From: Ostrea edulis
Taxonomy: Eukaryota
DNA length: 64,000 nt
Direction: 5' to 3'
NCBI RefSeq assembly: GCF_947568905.1
Contig: NC_079168.1
Span: 46,190,001 to 46,254,000 of the forward strand
The notes under the pieces were generated by a model. It was given only the letters and a program-made list of their open reading frames with translations, was not told where the DNA came from and did not search any database. Position 1 is the stretch's first letter. Every line of letters starts with the position of its first letter. Made by a program: the position numbers and the translations under genes. Positions 50,108 through 63,756 of the stretch are shown here, piece after piece.

Positions 50108-50986
50108 CTATCTTTTAAATCCCAAAAAGCTGAGAATGCGATCCCTCCATCTTCTCCGTGGTCTCACCACACGGGGTTCTTCCGCAGGAGAAAGTCCCGT
50201 GGTGTAGAGGAAACTATACCGTAAAGGCCTTGGTTTCATGGGCTTGATCTTCGATTCTTCGTTTTTGGTGGAATCCTGGGTATCGGGTGCAAGTTTAAAG
50301 CTTTCTATACTGGATAGAAACAGCTTTCGGGGAATAAACTTTGGTATTTTCCCTGTTTCTAAGGCCTCAAGCTCCCCAGGTTTGACCAGTTCACTTTTGA
50401 CCGGCTGGGTTTTCTGTTTTAATTCTTGTAATTCAACAGGTTTCTGTAGACACTCATTTTTCATTTCCTGACTCGCATCTGAAGTGTTCACATGTTTTGT
50501 TTCTATCATTACACTGCCGTCATCCTGATCTAGTTTCTGGGCTGTTATATCTTGAAGAACTATTGCACATGCCTTTTCGACAATGCTCAGGATATATGCT
50601 GCAACATCCTCTGTTTTTATACCAAGTTCTTCGCCACTGATTTCAGGAACAGAATGTTTGATTTGTCCGTTTTCTGCGTTCAGAGAGCTCTCAACAGTTG
50701 TCTTGTCTTGTGACTCTTTCTCCAGCACTGCCTCTCCAGTTTGCATGCTTGTCTCAAACACATTTCTCTTCTTTATTTTCTTTGGTTTGTGTAACTGCAT
50801 GAAGTATTCGTCGTCAGCCCATGACGGCAGGAATAAAGAAACATTTGCATTTGCAGCTTTTAAAACTTCAATTTTCGAGATGGTGTCCTTAACCTGCTCA
50901 TAGGGTACAAAATCATTTTTCGAATCCTTGTCGTCTGCCATAGAACGGAAAACTTGTCCAGAAATCATCTTCTTTTGATTTTCCAT
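50108..50986 (-). CDS. Uncharacterised 292-aa orphan protein, copy 2
   Basis: Differs from copy 1 by T>I (ESKIKPM). Confidence 0.8.
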   Translation of the reverse strand: MENQKKMISGQVFRSMADDKDSKNDFVPYEQVKDTISKIEVLKAANANVSLFLPSWADDEYFMQLHKPKKIKKRNVFETSMQTGEAVLEKESQDKTTVESSLNAENGQIKHSVPEISGEELGIKTEDVAAYILSIVEKACAIVLQDITAQKLDQDDGSVMIETKHVNTSDASQEMKNECLQKPVELQELKQKTQPVKSELVKPGELEALETGKIPKFIPRKLFLSSIESFKLAPDTQDSTKNEESKIKPMKPRPLRYSFLYTTGLSPAEEPRVVRPRRRWRDRILSFLGFKR

Positions 50987-51658
50987 TCGCTTTACTCTTA
51001 TCTAATGTATCGCCTCCAAGCAAGCGCACAGTATGTTTATGTTTAGTCGCAAGGGAGAGTGCGTTACGTCGTACACTTTATGACGTGCTGTACATTGTGA
51101 CGTAATAATTCGGTGACGTTTAAGAAATCAGATATTCTCTGAAAGAAGAGCATACACTTTCACCCCTTTCTTGCCCTGATTTTCACTCACAAAGCACATT
51201 CTTCGTGTTATTTGTAATGACAGTAAATGCTTTAATATCAACCATTCTAATTTTTCATTTTATGAAAATAAATTCTTGAATTAAATTAAAGACCATTGGA
51301 ATAAAAAAGAAGAAGCACTAAATACTAAAGCAGCACCCATATCACACGACCTTTCACCTCAGATAAGCTTTTTTTAAACTAGGGTGAAGGGTTTGTTCAC
51401 GAACACCCCATAGGTATTGATAAATTTTCGTAAGACATAAAGCATTCATATGAATATTTGATTTGTTATAGGACTTGAAAGTTTGTTGTGAAGGGGAAAT
51501 TGGGCATATAGTTAAGGGTTCTATCTAAAATCGCATTTAATTTACTGTTGGGTGAAAATAACCAAAACAAATGTTCAATAAAATTATTATCTTTTTCTAT
51601 GTATTGAGAATACGAAAACCAATACAAAGTCTGCAAATGGTCTCAGTAAAGCATTTAA

Positions 51659-54600
51659 GAGCTTGTCTACGAGAAAACCATGCAAATATATAAAAATGAA
51701 GGAAATGGTGGTCATCAATATCATTTTTAATCATTTATATCATTGGAGTATATGGTTGGAATAATTATAATTTGAGGTCAATTTATTGATAGGTCGTTTC
51801 TATTTTTAGTAACAGCGCATTCTGTATTTACACGTGGATTAGTCTTTGAACACAAGAAAAATCCTTAAATATTAGGGTTTTATTTTTTCAAAAATGCAAA
51901 TCAATTCTGAAGGCTTATGAAAAGAATGGATTTTTTATGATATTTCCATGTAAACCACTTATGGAGAAATCATGTTTGACATCATAAGTGTCCATATAGA
52001 GATTACATGGAGCCTATAATTTGGCATTGTGCCAAACTTTTTTCATTTTGTGTTATATGGTCAATTTTGAAATAGGTGTTGCTGCAAAAGTAACGCTTAG
52101 ATTTCTTTAAAAGTGTATAATACTTTGATATCAAATCCTTGTCTGTAAAATATAAAAAAATTGTACTTTGGACTTTTGGCCGTTCATTTGCAATTAAAAT
52201 TTAAAAACTGACAAAAATGATTATTTTTAAGCATTTAAAATTATCTTTTAAAAGATTAAAGATTTAAAATTTGTGATATTAGATGCATAATATGTTTGGA
52301 AATTTAATTTTATTTATAGATTTAACATTTTCTAATAAATAAATCCCAGTAATCTACTATTTTATATGAAAAAGGGGGTCTTTTAATGAAATAGACCTGT
52401 TGCTGGAATTACCTCCCCTTTGATGCACTCTTCATACGTAGAAGGTACAAAATGATAGCAATATTATGGAATGTTATGATTCCAACTTGAAATGGGATTT
52501 GAGAATTTGTACATCATGTTTATGTGATATCAGTGAAAGACATAACAGTATCTGTGAATGTAATCCAGAAATTTCTAAATATTGGCAGGGTTTAAAAAGT
52601 ATCCGGTACTTCGTCCTGTTATACTGCAAACTAGTACCAGTGGTCAGGCATTTTGTCATTGAAGAATTGAAAGCGTTCTTTCCTTGATAATTCATGCATT
52701 TACCGAGAATGCTTAGATGTTATATGGAGGAAATCAAAGAAAATATGCATCTATAGTCAGTCCAGATGTGAGGATCTAGTGCAGCCCCCCCCCCCCTCCC
52801 CGAATTAGCAAAATGTATTTACCATCATGATTGATGACAAAAATTTGTTATTAGTTTACATATATGCACTAAGTAATGAGGACGGGACAAAATAAGAAAA
52901 GGGTGAAATAAAAATGCATAAAGTGAACTCAAAGAATGTATACTGTAACAGTTTGCTCGGTATCTTTCTTCTTCAGTGCTCAATGTAACAATATGACATA
53001 CTTGATGCTTAATCATAGGTTACGATTCAACATGCGAAAATTTACACCTTTCTCTATTTTACCAACAACAAATATATAGATATTGTAAACTGATGGTATT
53101 ACGTATATGTATACATGTATGCTAATGTAGTTTCTTAAAGTCATTGATGTAGGTAGAGCTTGGATCATCACTATACTTTGTTCATCATGAGAAATTGATC
53201 GGGAAAAAATTTGGAAAAATCATTTATCTGACAGGGAAACCGAAGATTATTTAGATCAGGTCTCTTTAGCTAAATCAGCCTCCCCCTCTACTTTTTTATG
53301 GCAATCAATAAACAATATAAATGGAAGCTTGAACTGATGAATTAAATCCTTGTCCCCCCCCCCCATTATTATCATTATTAAGGATTTTGAGCTTCGGGTT
53401 GTGTTAAAAGTAATTTTAGGGAGGTTGGGGGGTTCTACAAAAAATTTGCCACCCGACCACACCCTCCGCCCTGGTGATGAGTGCCAACTACGGGGCCTCT
53501 CCACCTAGCTACACTGTATGTGTTTAGACAGGACAGACTATACCAGTCGGGTCAGGTATAAACAGTACATTTCATTACAAATTATATTTCCAATTATTAC
53601 AAGCGAACTTCTTTACTTTTGTGCGAATTCGGACGTTTTTATTATCTGACTTTCATCTTCGGTGCAATTTATGTGATTACTGTCAGTTGGTATTTAAGCT
53701 ATATTTCATTTGTACGTGTAATGGTGTTGGGAGTGGAGTGCGAATGCAAAGAATATTTCTGTATTTAGATATATTCAACATTATTGATTATTTTATGATT
53801 TTAACAAGATCATTCACTATCTAAGAGCATTTTACCATTACCACCCCTCTTCTCTCAATATACTGTTTATAATCATTAATTTCCGATATTGAATATTGCT
53901 GCTTCGAACCCTTTCGCATGGATTTAGAATGTAGAATAATACGCTACATGTAAGAATAAAAAACAAAAGAAAGACAAGAAAAGAACATGCACATTCCTTT
54001 TAGCTCACCAGGACGACTATCCGGAGAGCTACATGTATTGTAATGACCCCAGTGTTGGCGTCGGCCCCACTTTAAGGAAACATTTTAACCTGGGTTATAT
54101 CTTCTAAACCAAGGGGGTAGGGTTTTGATATATCCCTTATTGATTCCCCATGAAGAGACCTTTGATGTGGTACCAAGACTTTCGACCTTGTGACCTTGAC
54201 CTATTTTTTTTTTTAAACTTCAACCTGGGCTATGTCTTTTGAACCAATAGGGATAAGGCTTTGATATTTTACATATATAGATGCGTCATGAAGAGACCTT
54301 TGTTTTGGTTTGACCTAACGACCTTTGCCTTGAACTTTGACGTACTGTTCAAAAACTTTTATCTTTATCTTTTGAACCAAGAGTGATAGATCTTTGATGT
54401 TTCAAACATATATTCCATTTCTTTTGTTACCAGAACTGTCAACGTCGACCTTGGACATTGACCTATTTTTCAAAAACTTTTAACCTTTTGAACAAACGGT
54501 TAGGTACAGTCATCTGACAACTCTTGTTTATATGTACATATTAAGCATGTTATTTAATTGTTTAAGAGTTGCTGCTCAATTTTTTTCTGGGTACTTCATT

Positions 54601-55962
54601 TGTTAAAGTTTGATGACATCTAAAAATTCCTAACCACAAAGTACTTTTTATCTAATATATTGTACCTGACAACTTCATATGACGTGTTAACTGTCCCGAG
54701 GAAAAGATAAAGATTTGGGGTATTATACTGTGGATATTTATTAAGTTCTGTCTTCACACAAGTTTTACCTTTGAACTTAAAGCACGTCAGTCTTTAAATT
54801 GGTCTAAATGTTACTATGGCAACAATTTTATTTGTTTTAGAATATCAATATTGTGACTCTCATACAACTTTTCAAAAGTTACATTGCTGTCTGGCTTAGT
54901 TTTGCGATTGAGTTTGATTATTTCAGAATGTTTTCAATAACCAGTCAGATTTTTAAAAAATAGATTTATCCTTATTGTATCCATGGGAAAAGCAAATCTA
55001 TGAAGAAATATGATCCAATTGCTTGTGGTATATTTAAGTCTCTGTAGGACCACAATGTAAACTAGTCATTTGTACTAATCGTGCTATCCTGTCTAAATAA
55101 AGAATTTATTATATATAGCATAATATAAATTGGCATGAAATTTGTTTTTAAAAATTGCATTTTAAAGGTACACAAATATCAATTTTGTTAAATTACAACT
55201 ATTCATACGATGCATATTATTTTTTAAAAACGTTATTTTTTCAAATTTTGCAATTTGTCACCATGGCAACCAGGACCCATAGCAACAAAAAATGATTGAT
55301 ACATACTTCTGGTCATCTTATGTGAAATCATAAAATTATATAAGACTTAATAAGATAACAAGGACCATGCATGGCAAACAGGTTTAGGTGGCTACCAGAA
55401 TAAAAGCTCTACAAGCAGGAAAAAATGCGAAGTATTAATATATTTACTATAATAGAGAGTCCAAAGACAGATTTTTGGTATATCGTAAATATAATTCTTC
55501 TCTATAAGATGAAAGTAATTTTTAATAAATCAAAGCGTTACTTTTTGACTACTGGTTGATTCAAAAGTTATCATTTTCTGCAATTTATCAAAATCTGGAA
55601 TCGTGCCAAATTTGTGACCTTTGTGCACTTAAACGGAAGTAAAATTTTAGATTCCCACTAAACAATATGAATATGCATATCCAGTTGTTTTATAAACTGT
55701 GTCAATTTTTAAAAATCCATTTTCAATAACCTGTTAGAATTTTTAAATAGAAAGGGTAAAATATACATAATTTTACCCTTTTGTCAGAACAAAAGTGCTA
55801 TTTTTAGTAACATGGCTGCAAATCCCTATCCAATGACTACACCCCCGAAAAAAATATGCCAAAGTATTTGATATTGATGTACTTTATTACACTCAAAATA
55901 TGTTGTTGATCCGACAACCTTGCTTCCATCACATTTTGCATGGTTTTCTCGTAGACAAGCTC
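51659..55962. mobile_element. Non-autonomous PIF/Harbinger-like DNA transposon, 4304 bp
   Basis: 28-bp perfect TIR gagcttgtctacgagaaaaccatgcaaa; TAA on both sides; empty site (single TAA) in copies 1 and 3; no transposase ORF seen. Confidence 0.8.
53998..54529. mobile_element. HINE/Helentron-type element nested in the Harbinger-like element
   Basis: ttttagctcacc start, tgaccttgacc-type core repeats, ends caactcttgttt. Confidence 0.65.
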
Positions 55963-56860
55963 TAAAGAGATGTTTTTGTTTGTTGTCTGTGTTCGTATCT
56001 ATGCCAAATATTCAACAGAACGATTAGAAATTATTCAAAGTGTCCATAAAATTCTGGCTTCTAGACGATTATTTTATGATGACTATTAAGACTAATAGTT
56101 GTCGTAAAGAAGACGAGAAAATGTTCATTTCATGCGTCAAAGAAATGAATAAGCAATGATATCTTTTCTTGAATTCAACAACAACAACAACGAAAAACCC
56201 GAGTTTCCGTTCTCAAAACTTGACGTGATTTTTATTTATCGTTTTATAATACATGTATGTAGCTAGTCTAATTGTAAAACAACGGTTTTTCAAACTTTCA
56301 TAGCTAAATCGGTGTAAAACTTGAGCGAAAAGACCGATCGGGCTAGGTACAAATTCTATCGAGAATAAAGATGTACAAGGGGCGGGTTCAGGAATTGAAA
56401 TTAGGGGGCGCCACTTCATAAAGCGCGAGAAAATTCCAATGCGAAGACTGGTAAAATATTTAGAGCAATTTTGATCAATTCCGGAGATGAACGAACTAAG
56501 TGAAAAGAATCGTTAATTATATGTTGCAACTATTTATTGGTAGATCAATAAAGCATCTAGTCTGATATAAGATTTGAACTTAATTCGCAATGTACCACAG
56601 TCAACAGCAAGCTATAAACAGTTTACGCCTGTCCGATCGATCGATACGAAAATGCGTTTGTCCGATCAGACGATCGATTATGTATAATTTCTTTTTCCGT
56701 GACGTTGCACGCGAAAATTTCTGATCTTGGCAGTTTCCGTAAAGTCACATGGTCTTATATTTGAATAAGAAGACCTCTGAATGGGATACATTTTCACAAT
56801 GAAGCTCGAGTTATTTCCCCTTGAATACAGATTGCTGTCCACAATTCATAGCGTCAATAT

Positions 56861-57230
56861 TTATAGGTTATAGACTTTGTATGGGAAAATATGACGACCG
56901 AGTTTTTTGGCGCGTAGACGGACCGAGCTTGCGAGGTCCGTTCGCGACAAAAAACGAGGTCGTCATATTTCCCATACAAAGTCTATAACTTTTTTATTAT
57001 ATACTTTCAATTTCATTTAGAAACTAACAATAATTTTATTTTTAACAATAACTTTATCGGTTTAACTGAGTAAAAGATGAAAAACACGAAAAATTTGAAA
57101 ATTAACGGCGTAGAAATTTGATTGTGACGTAATGTTTGCGGGCCGGAATGTTTCCGGGCATATATCGTGTGATATATGCCCGCAAACTTTTAAAGAAAAA
57201 AGAAGAGATGAAATTGAAAGTATATAATAA
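56861..57230. mobile_element. 370-bp foldback insertion with no evident target-site duplication (Crypton-like?)
   Basis: Absent from copies 1 and 3 (gcgtcaatat|aaggattt); two internal inverted-repeat pairs, 56867-56899/56958-56989 and 56992-57016/57208-57232. Confidence 0.75.
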
Positions 57231-59077
57231 AAGGATTTATTATATTAGTAAATCTGATTGTGATTAAGTGCCAGTTAAGGGTTTTTATGTAATTAATGAA
57301 AAATAATGTGACTGCAAAATAAGTTTAGTCATTGATTTTATTTATGTGTCCATTGTGTGGTTGTTGTTTTTTTTTTTCGCAGGCAATAATGTTGAGTCAA
57401 ATGTAATGTTCAAAATCTGTAAGGTGTTAGTCCCCTACTTATTTTGATCAGGATCAAGATATCTTTAGCATATCATCAATTAATTATTAACTTTAATCAA
57501 TATTTTGGACGACCAAAACGCAATTAGATATGCATAAATTACATGTGCAACCAACGCATATACATTACATTGGCAGATCTAGACGGGTACGGAGGTTGCA
57601 ACACACATGTCCCTTTGATTTTGGTTTTAAAAAGAGAGAAAGAGAGAGTGGTATCAGAGTATAGAATTTATATATTTCCGGGAACATTATTTCTGCATTA
57701 ATTGTGGAATAAAAATCTATAAATTCAAGCAGTTAGGGGAGGGATAAAACTCCTGTAAGCTTACTAGTATGTTATCCGACATCGATTTTAACACACCGAT
57801 TATTATTTTCAACATTCATCAAATTTAGTTTGAAAGGGGGTGTGTGAGAATTAATCACACCTCTTAGCAATATACGTTGTAAATTCGTTTGTCATTTAAA
57901 ATTCTTTTTGAAAGAGTATTTTTATTTGGTAGTTAGCCTATAAAACCCAATGCAGACGATAAAAAATACAAAATACATCTCACAATTTCAACACTTTAGA
58001 TCACTTTTTCACTCCCAACATTTTCTATAGATCCGCGCCTGGACAATGTTAATTACATTTACATGTATATGGAATCCGTATCTTATGTAATCTTTCTGTT
58101 GAAATCTGGGTGGGTTCTTTCTTTTTCCACGTGCGATTCAATATTTGGAAAATATTTTTATTATTATCATTATTAAAATCAAATTGTAATGTATTAAACA
58201 GCTCGACCTGCATTGAGTTACGTAGCACTAGGGGGTGGAGGTGGGGACTAACTCCACACTATTTTTGACATCGTTCTTTTCCCGCTATCATTACAGGGAA
58301 AGTTGGACATTTTTTAATTTCAATCTATAGGCTGGTTCCTTAACTTTTTTTTAAAATAGTAGTAGTGTAGTGGAAATATAATCATCAGATTATATTCCAA
58401 GATAAGAATTTTCATACAACTGTAAAACCAACTTCTTCTCCGGCTCCCCCCTTACAATACACGATGCAATGCAACGCGCCTAATTATATTTATAACATCA
58501 CATGATCTTTCCGGCTGTCTGGTTTTTTAAAATTAGATTACTTCTAAAATTCTCGGGATTCAATGTAACACAACTTGGACGGCTGTAACCCCCCCCCCCC
58601 CCCCTTTCCCCAAACCTACCATATGACGAAAATCTTGGCAACATTTTTACGATACTCAATGTAATGATCGAGTTTAACATCAGTTCTCGTGAAATCCATG
58701 TACGTACAGATCGATGGCGTGGCACACCCCGCATTTTCTGTCTTCTAATTATAGAATGTCTCACTGTGCGGAGTGTATACTGCAAAAGTCTCGATATTTA
58801 AAATTCTTGTCGGAAGTTTACATATACCGTGTTTTATTTTATCGTCTTGTCCAAAAAAAAAAAAAAAAAAAAAAAAAAATAAAAAAGAAAGAAATATTTA
58901 AAAGACGTCATTCTTTATCAGTTAGAAAACACACCTCTCCCGCAGAAACGCATGCGTCTTCTCCAATTTTATATCAAAGAATGTTTTGCCGGCCTATAAT
59001 CGATTTACAATTTGAATATCACCCACACACATGGGCACACACACACCCGCACACACACACACACACACACACACGCA

Positions 59078-59159
59078 CAACTGGCTGTTGTAGCCTGCTG
59101 CTTAGGACGCTCGCTTTGGAACCAGGAAGTCCGGCGCCGTATTCAATTTTCGCCACAGG
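59078..59159 (+). mobile_element. tRNA-derived SINE head (5' half of a split SINE)
   Basis: tgtagcctgctgcttaggacgctcgctttggaaccaggaagtc resembles the head at 31325-31375 (gtagttcagtggttagagtgctcgctttgtgacggggaggtc). Confidence 0.55.
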
Positions 59160-60994
59160 CAACAAACAAAAACATCTCTTAAATGCTTTACTGAGACCAT
59201 TTGCAGACTTTATATTGGTTTTCGTATTCTCAATACATAGAAAAAGATAATAATTTTATTGAACATTTGTTTTGGTTATTTTCACCCAACAGTAAATTAA
59301 ATGCGATTTTAGATAGAACCCTTAACTATATGCCCAATTTCCCTTCACAACAAACTTTCAAGTCCTATAATAAATTAAATATTCATATGAATACTTTATG
59401 TCTTACGAACCCCTCACCCTAGTTTTTTAAAAAGCTTATCTGAGGTGAAAGCTCGTGTGATATGGGTGCTGCTTTAGTATTTATTGTTTCTTCTTTTTTT
59501 ATTCCAATAGTCTTTAATTTAATTCAAGAATTTATTTTCATAAATTGAAAAATTAGAATGGTTGATATTAAAGCATTTACTGTCATTACAAATAACACGA
59601 AGAATGTGCTTTGTGATTGAAAATCAGGGCAAAAAAGGGGTGAAAGTGTATGCTCTTCTTTCAGAGAATATCTGATTTCTTAAACGTCACCGAATTATTA
59701 CGTCACAATGTACAGCACGTCATAAAGTGTACGACGTAACACACTCTCCCTTGCGACTAAACATAAACATACTGTGCGCTTGCTTGGAGGCGATACATTA
59801 GATAAGAGTAAAGCGAATGGAAAATCAAAAGAAGATGATTTCTGGACAAGTTTTCCGTTCTATGGCAGACGACAAGGATTCGAAAAATGATTTTGTACCC
59901 TATGAGCAGGTTAAGGACACCATCTCGAAAATTGAAGTTTTAAAAGCTGCAAATGCAAATGTTTCTTTATTCCTGCCGTCATGGGCTGACGACGAATACT
60001 TCATGCAGTTACACAAACCAAAGAAAATAAAGAAGAGAAATGTGTTTGAGACAAGCATGCAAACTGGAGAGGCAGTGCTGGAGAAAGAGTCACAAGACAA
60101 GACAACTGTTGAGAGCTCTCTGAACGCAGAAAACGGACAAATCAAACATTCTGTTCCTGAAATCAGTGGCGAAGAACTTGGTATAAAAACAGAGGATGTT
60201 GCAGCATATATCCTGAGCATTGTCGAAAAGGCATGTGCAATAGTTCTTCAAGATATAACAGCCCAGAAACTAGATCAGGATGACGGCAGTGTAATGATAG
60301 AAACAAAACATGTGAACACTTCAGATGCGAGTCAGGAAATGAAAAATGAGTGTCTACAGAAACCTGTTGAATTACAAGAATTAAAACAGAAAACCCAGCC
60401 GGTCAAAAGTGAACTGGTCAAACCTGGGGAGCTTGCGGCCTTAGAAACAGGGAAAATACCAAAGTTTATTCCCCGAAAGCTGTTTCTATCCAGTATAGAA
60501 AGCTTTAAACTTGCACCCGATACCCAGGATTCCACCAAAAACGAAGAATCGAAGACCAAGCCCATGAAACCAAGGCCTTTACGGTATAGTTTCCTCTACA
60601 CCACGGGACTTTCCCCTGCGGAAGAACCCCGTGTGGTGAGACCGCGGAGAAGATGGAGGGATCGCATTCTCAGCTTTTTGGGATTTAAAAGATAGGCATT
60701 CTGAAAATTATGAAGATGGAAAATTGATTTTAAAGGATTTTTTGGCAAAGTATTATGTATGTTCATGGTGTTCTTAAATGGATTAAATTTGTTTTCCAAC
60801 TGTTATACCTCTTGATTGTCCTCATACTGCGAAGCATTATGACGTCAGCACATTCATCTAAATTTAGTTAACAAATGGTGTAATCGAGGCGTGCACAAAA
60901 CAAAACTTTCCAAGTATTTAATGAATATAAAAGGAGGGGGAAAAATCACCATTTTTTGTATGACATATAACAAGGTGTGTGTGTGTGTATGCGC

Positions 60995-61025
<31 letters not shown>

Positions 61026-63756
61026 TGTGTGCCCATGTGTATGTGTGATATTCAAATTGTAAATCGATTATGGGCCGGCAAGAACATTCTTTGATATAAA
61101 ATTGGAGAAGACGCATGCGTTTCTGCGGGAGAGGTGTGTTTTCTAACTGATAAAGAATGACGTCTTTTAAATATTTCTTTCTTTTTTCTTTTTCATTTAT
61201 TTTATTATTTTTTTTTGGACAAGAATTATTATGACCACGATAAAATAAAACATGGTATATGTAAAACTTCCAACAAGAATTTTAAATGTCGAGACTTTTG
61301 CGGTATACATTCCGAACAGTGAGACATTCTATAATTAGAAGGCTGTGCCACGCCATCGATCTGTACGTACATGGATTTCACGAGAACTGATGTTAAACTC
61401 GATCATTACATTGAGTATCGTAAAAATGTTGCCAAGATTTTCGTCATATGGTAGGTTTGGGGGGGGGGGGAGGGGGTTACATCCGTATTTAATGATTATT
61501 TCTGTCCAAGCTGTGTTACATTGAATCCCGAGAATTTTAGAAGTAATCTAATTTTAAAAAACCAGACAGCCGGAAAGATCATGTGATGTTATAAATACAA
61601 TCAGACGCGTTGCATTGCATCGTGTATTATAAGGGGGGAGCCGGAGAAGAAGTTGGTTTTACAGTTGTATGAAAATTCTTATCTTGGAATATAATCTGAT
61701 GATTATATTTCCACTACACTACTACTATTTTTTTAAAAAAAGGTAAGGAAGCAGCCTATAGATTGAAATTAAAAAATGTCCAACTTTCCCTGTAATGATA
61801 GCGGGAAAAGAACGATGTCAAAAATAGTGTGGAGTTAGTCCCCACCTCCACCCCCTAGTGCTACGTAACTCAATGCAGGTCGAGCTGTTTAATACATTGC
61901 AATTTGATTTTAATAATGATAATAATAAAAATATTTTCCAAATATTGAATCGCACGGGAAAAAAGAAAAAACCCACCCAGATTTCAACAGAAAGATTACA
62001 TAAGATACGGATTCCATATGCATGTAAATGTAATTAACATTGTCCAGGCGCGGATCTCTAGAAAATGTTGGGAGTGAAAAAGTGATCTAAAGTGTTGAAA
62101 TTGTGAGATGTATTTTGTATTTTTTATCGTCTGCATTGGGTTTTATAGGCTAACTACCAAATAAAAATACTCTTTCAAAAAGAATTTTAAATGACAAACG
62201 AATTTACAACGTATATTGCTAAGAGGTGTGATTAATTCACACACACCCCCTTTCAAACTAAATTTGATGAATGTTGAAAATAATAATCGGTGTGTTAAAA
62301 TCGATGTCGGATAACATACTAGTAAGCTTACAGGAGTTTTATCCCTCCCCTAACTGCTTGAATTTATAGATTTTTATTCCACAATTAATGCAGAAATAAT
62401 GTTCCCGGAAATATATAAATTCTATACTCTGATACCACTCTCTCTTTCTCTCTTTTTAAAACCAAAATCAAAGGGACATGTGTGTTGCAACCTCCGTACC
62501 CGTCTAGATCTGCCAATGTAATGTATATGCGTTGGTTGCACATGTAATTTATGCATATCTAATTGCGTTTTGGTCGTCCAAAATATTGATTAAAGTTAAT
62601 AATTAATTGATGATATGCTAAAGATATCTTGATCCTGATCAAAATAAGTAGGGGACTAACACCTTACAGATTTTGAACATTACATTTGACTCAACATTAT
62701 TGCCTGCGAAAAAAAAAAACAACAACCACACAATGGACACATAAATAAAATCAATGACTAAACTTATTTTGCAGTCACATTATTTTTCATTAATTACATA
62801 AAAACCCTTAACTGGCACTTAATCACAATCAGATTTACTAATATAATAAATCCTTATATTGACGCTATGAATTGTGGACAGCAACCTGTATTCAAGGGGA
62901 AATAACTCGAGCTTCATTGTGAAAATGTATCCCATTTAGAGGTCTTCTTATTCAAATATAAGACCATGTGACTTTACGGAAACTGCCAAGATCAGAAATT
63001 TTCGCGTGCAACGTCACGGAAAAAGAAATTATACATAATCGATCGTCTGATCGGACAAACGCATTTTCGTATCGATCGATCGGACAGGCGTAAACTGTTT
63101 ATAGCTTGCTGTTGACTGTGGTACATTGCGAATTAAGTTCAAATCTTATATCAGACTAGATGCTTTATTGATCTACCAATAAATAGTTGCAACATATAAT
63201 TAACGATTCTTTTCACTTAGTTTGTTCATCTCCGGAATTGATCAAAATTGCTCTAAATATTTTACCAGTCTTCGCATTGGAATTTTCTCGCGCTTTATGA
63301 AGTGGCGCCCCCTAATTTCAATTCCTGAACCCGCCCCTTGTACATCTTTATTCTCGATAGAATTTGTACCTAGCCCGATCGGTCTTTTCGCTCAAGTTTT
63401 ACACCGATTTAGCTATGAAAGTTTGAAAAACCGTTGTTTTACAATTAGACTAGCTACATACATGTATTATAAAACGATAAATAAAAATCACGTCAAGTTT
63501 TGAGAACGGAAACTCGGGTTTTGTGTTGTTGTTGTTGTTGTTGAATTCAAGAATAGATATCATTGCTTATTCATTTCTTTGACGCATGAAATGAACATTT
63601 TCTCGTCTTCTTTACGACAACTATTAGTCTTAATAGTCATCATAAAATAATCGTCTAGAAGCCAGAAATTTTATGGACACTTTGAATAATTTCTAATGGT
63701 TCTGTTGAATATTTGGCATGAAGAGATCCTTTAACGTTTTCATAGATACGAACACA
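59160..63756. repeat. Segmental duplication unit, copy 3: inverted and circularly permuted
   Basis: Reverse complement starts at the position equivalent to 55988 and ends at the position equivalent to 55985, passing once through the (CA)n/(GC)n junction. Confidence 0.9.
59817..60695 (+). CDS. Uncharacterised 292-aa orphan protein, copy 3 (inverted)
   Basis: Differs from copy 1 by E>A (GELAALETG). Confidence 0.8.
   Translation: MENQKKMISGQVFRSMADDKDSKNDFVPYEQVKDTISKIEVLKAANANVSLFLPSWADDEYFMQLHKPKKIKKRNVFETSMQTGEAVLEKESQDKTTVESSLNAENGQIKHSVPEISGEELGIKTEDVAAYILSIVEKACAIVLQDITAQKLDQDDGSVMIETKHVNTSDASQEMKNECLQKPVELQELKQKTQPVKSELVKPGELAALETGKIPKFIPRKLFLSSIESFKLAPDTQDSTKNEESKTKPMKPRPLRYSFLYTTGLSPAEEPRVVRPRRRWRDRILSFLGFKR

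Larger units (their letters stand above)
49751..59075. repeat. Segmental duplication unit, copy 2, interrupted by a 4.3-kb and a 370-bp insertion
   Basis: Colinear with copy 1 on both sides of 51659-55962 and of 56861-57230. Confidence 0.92.
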
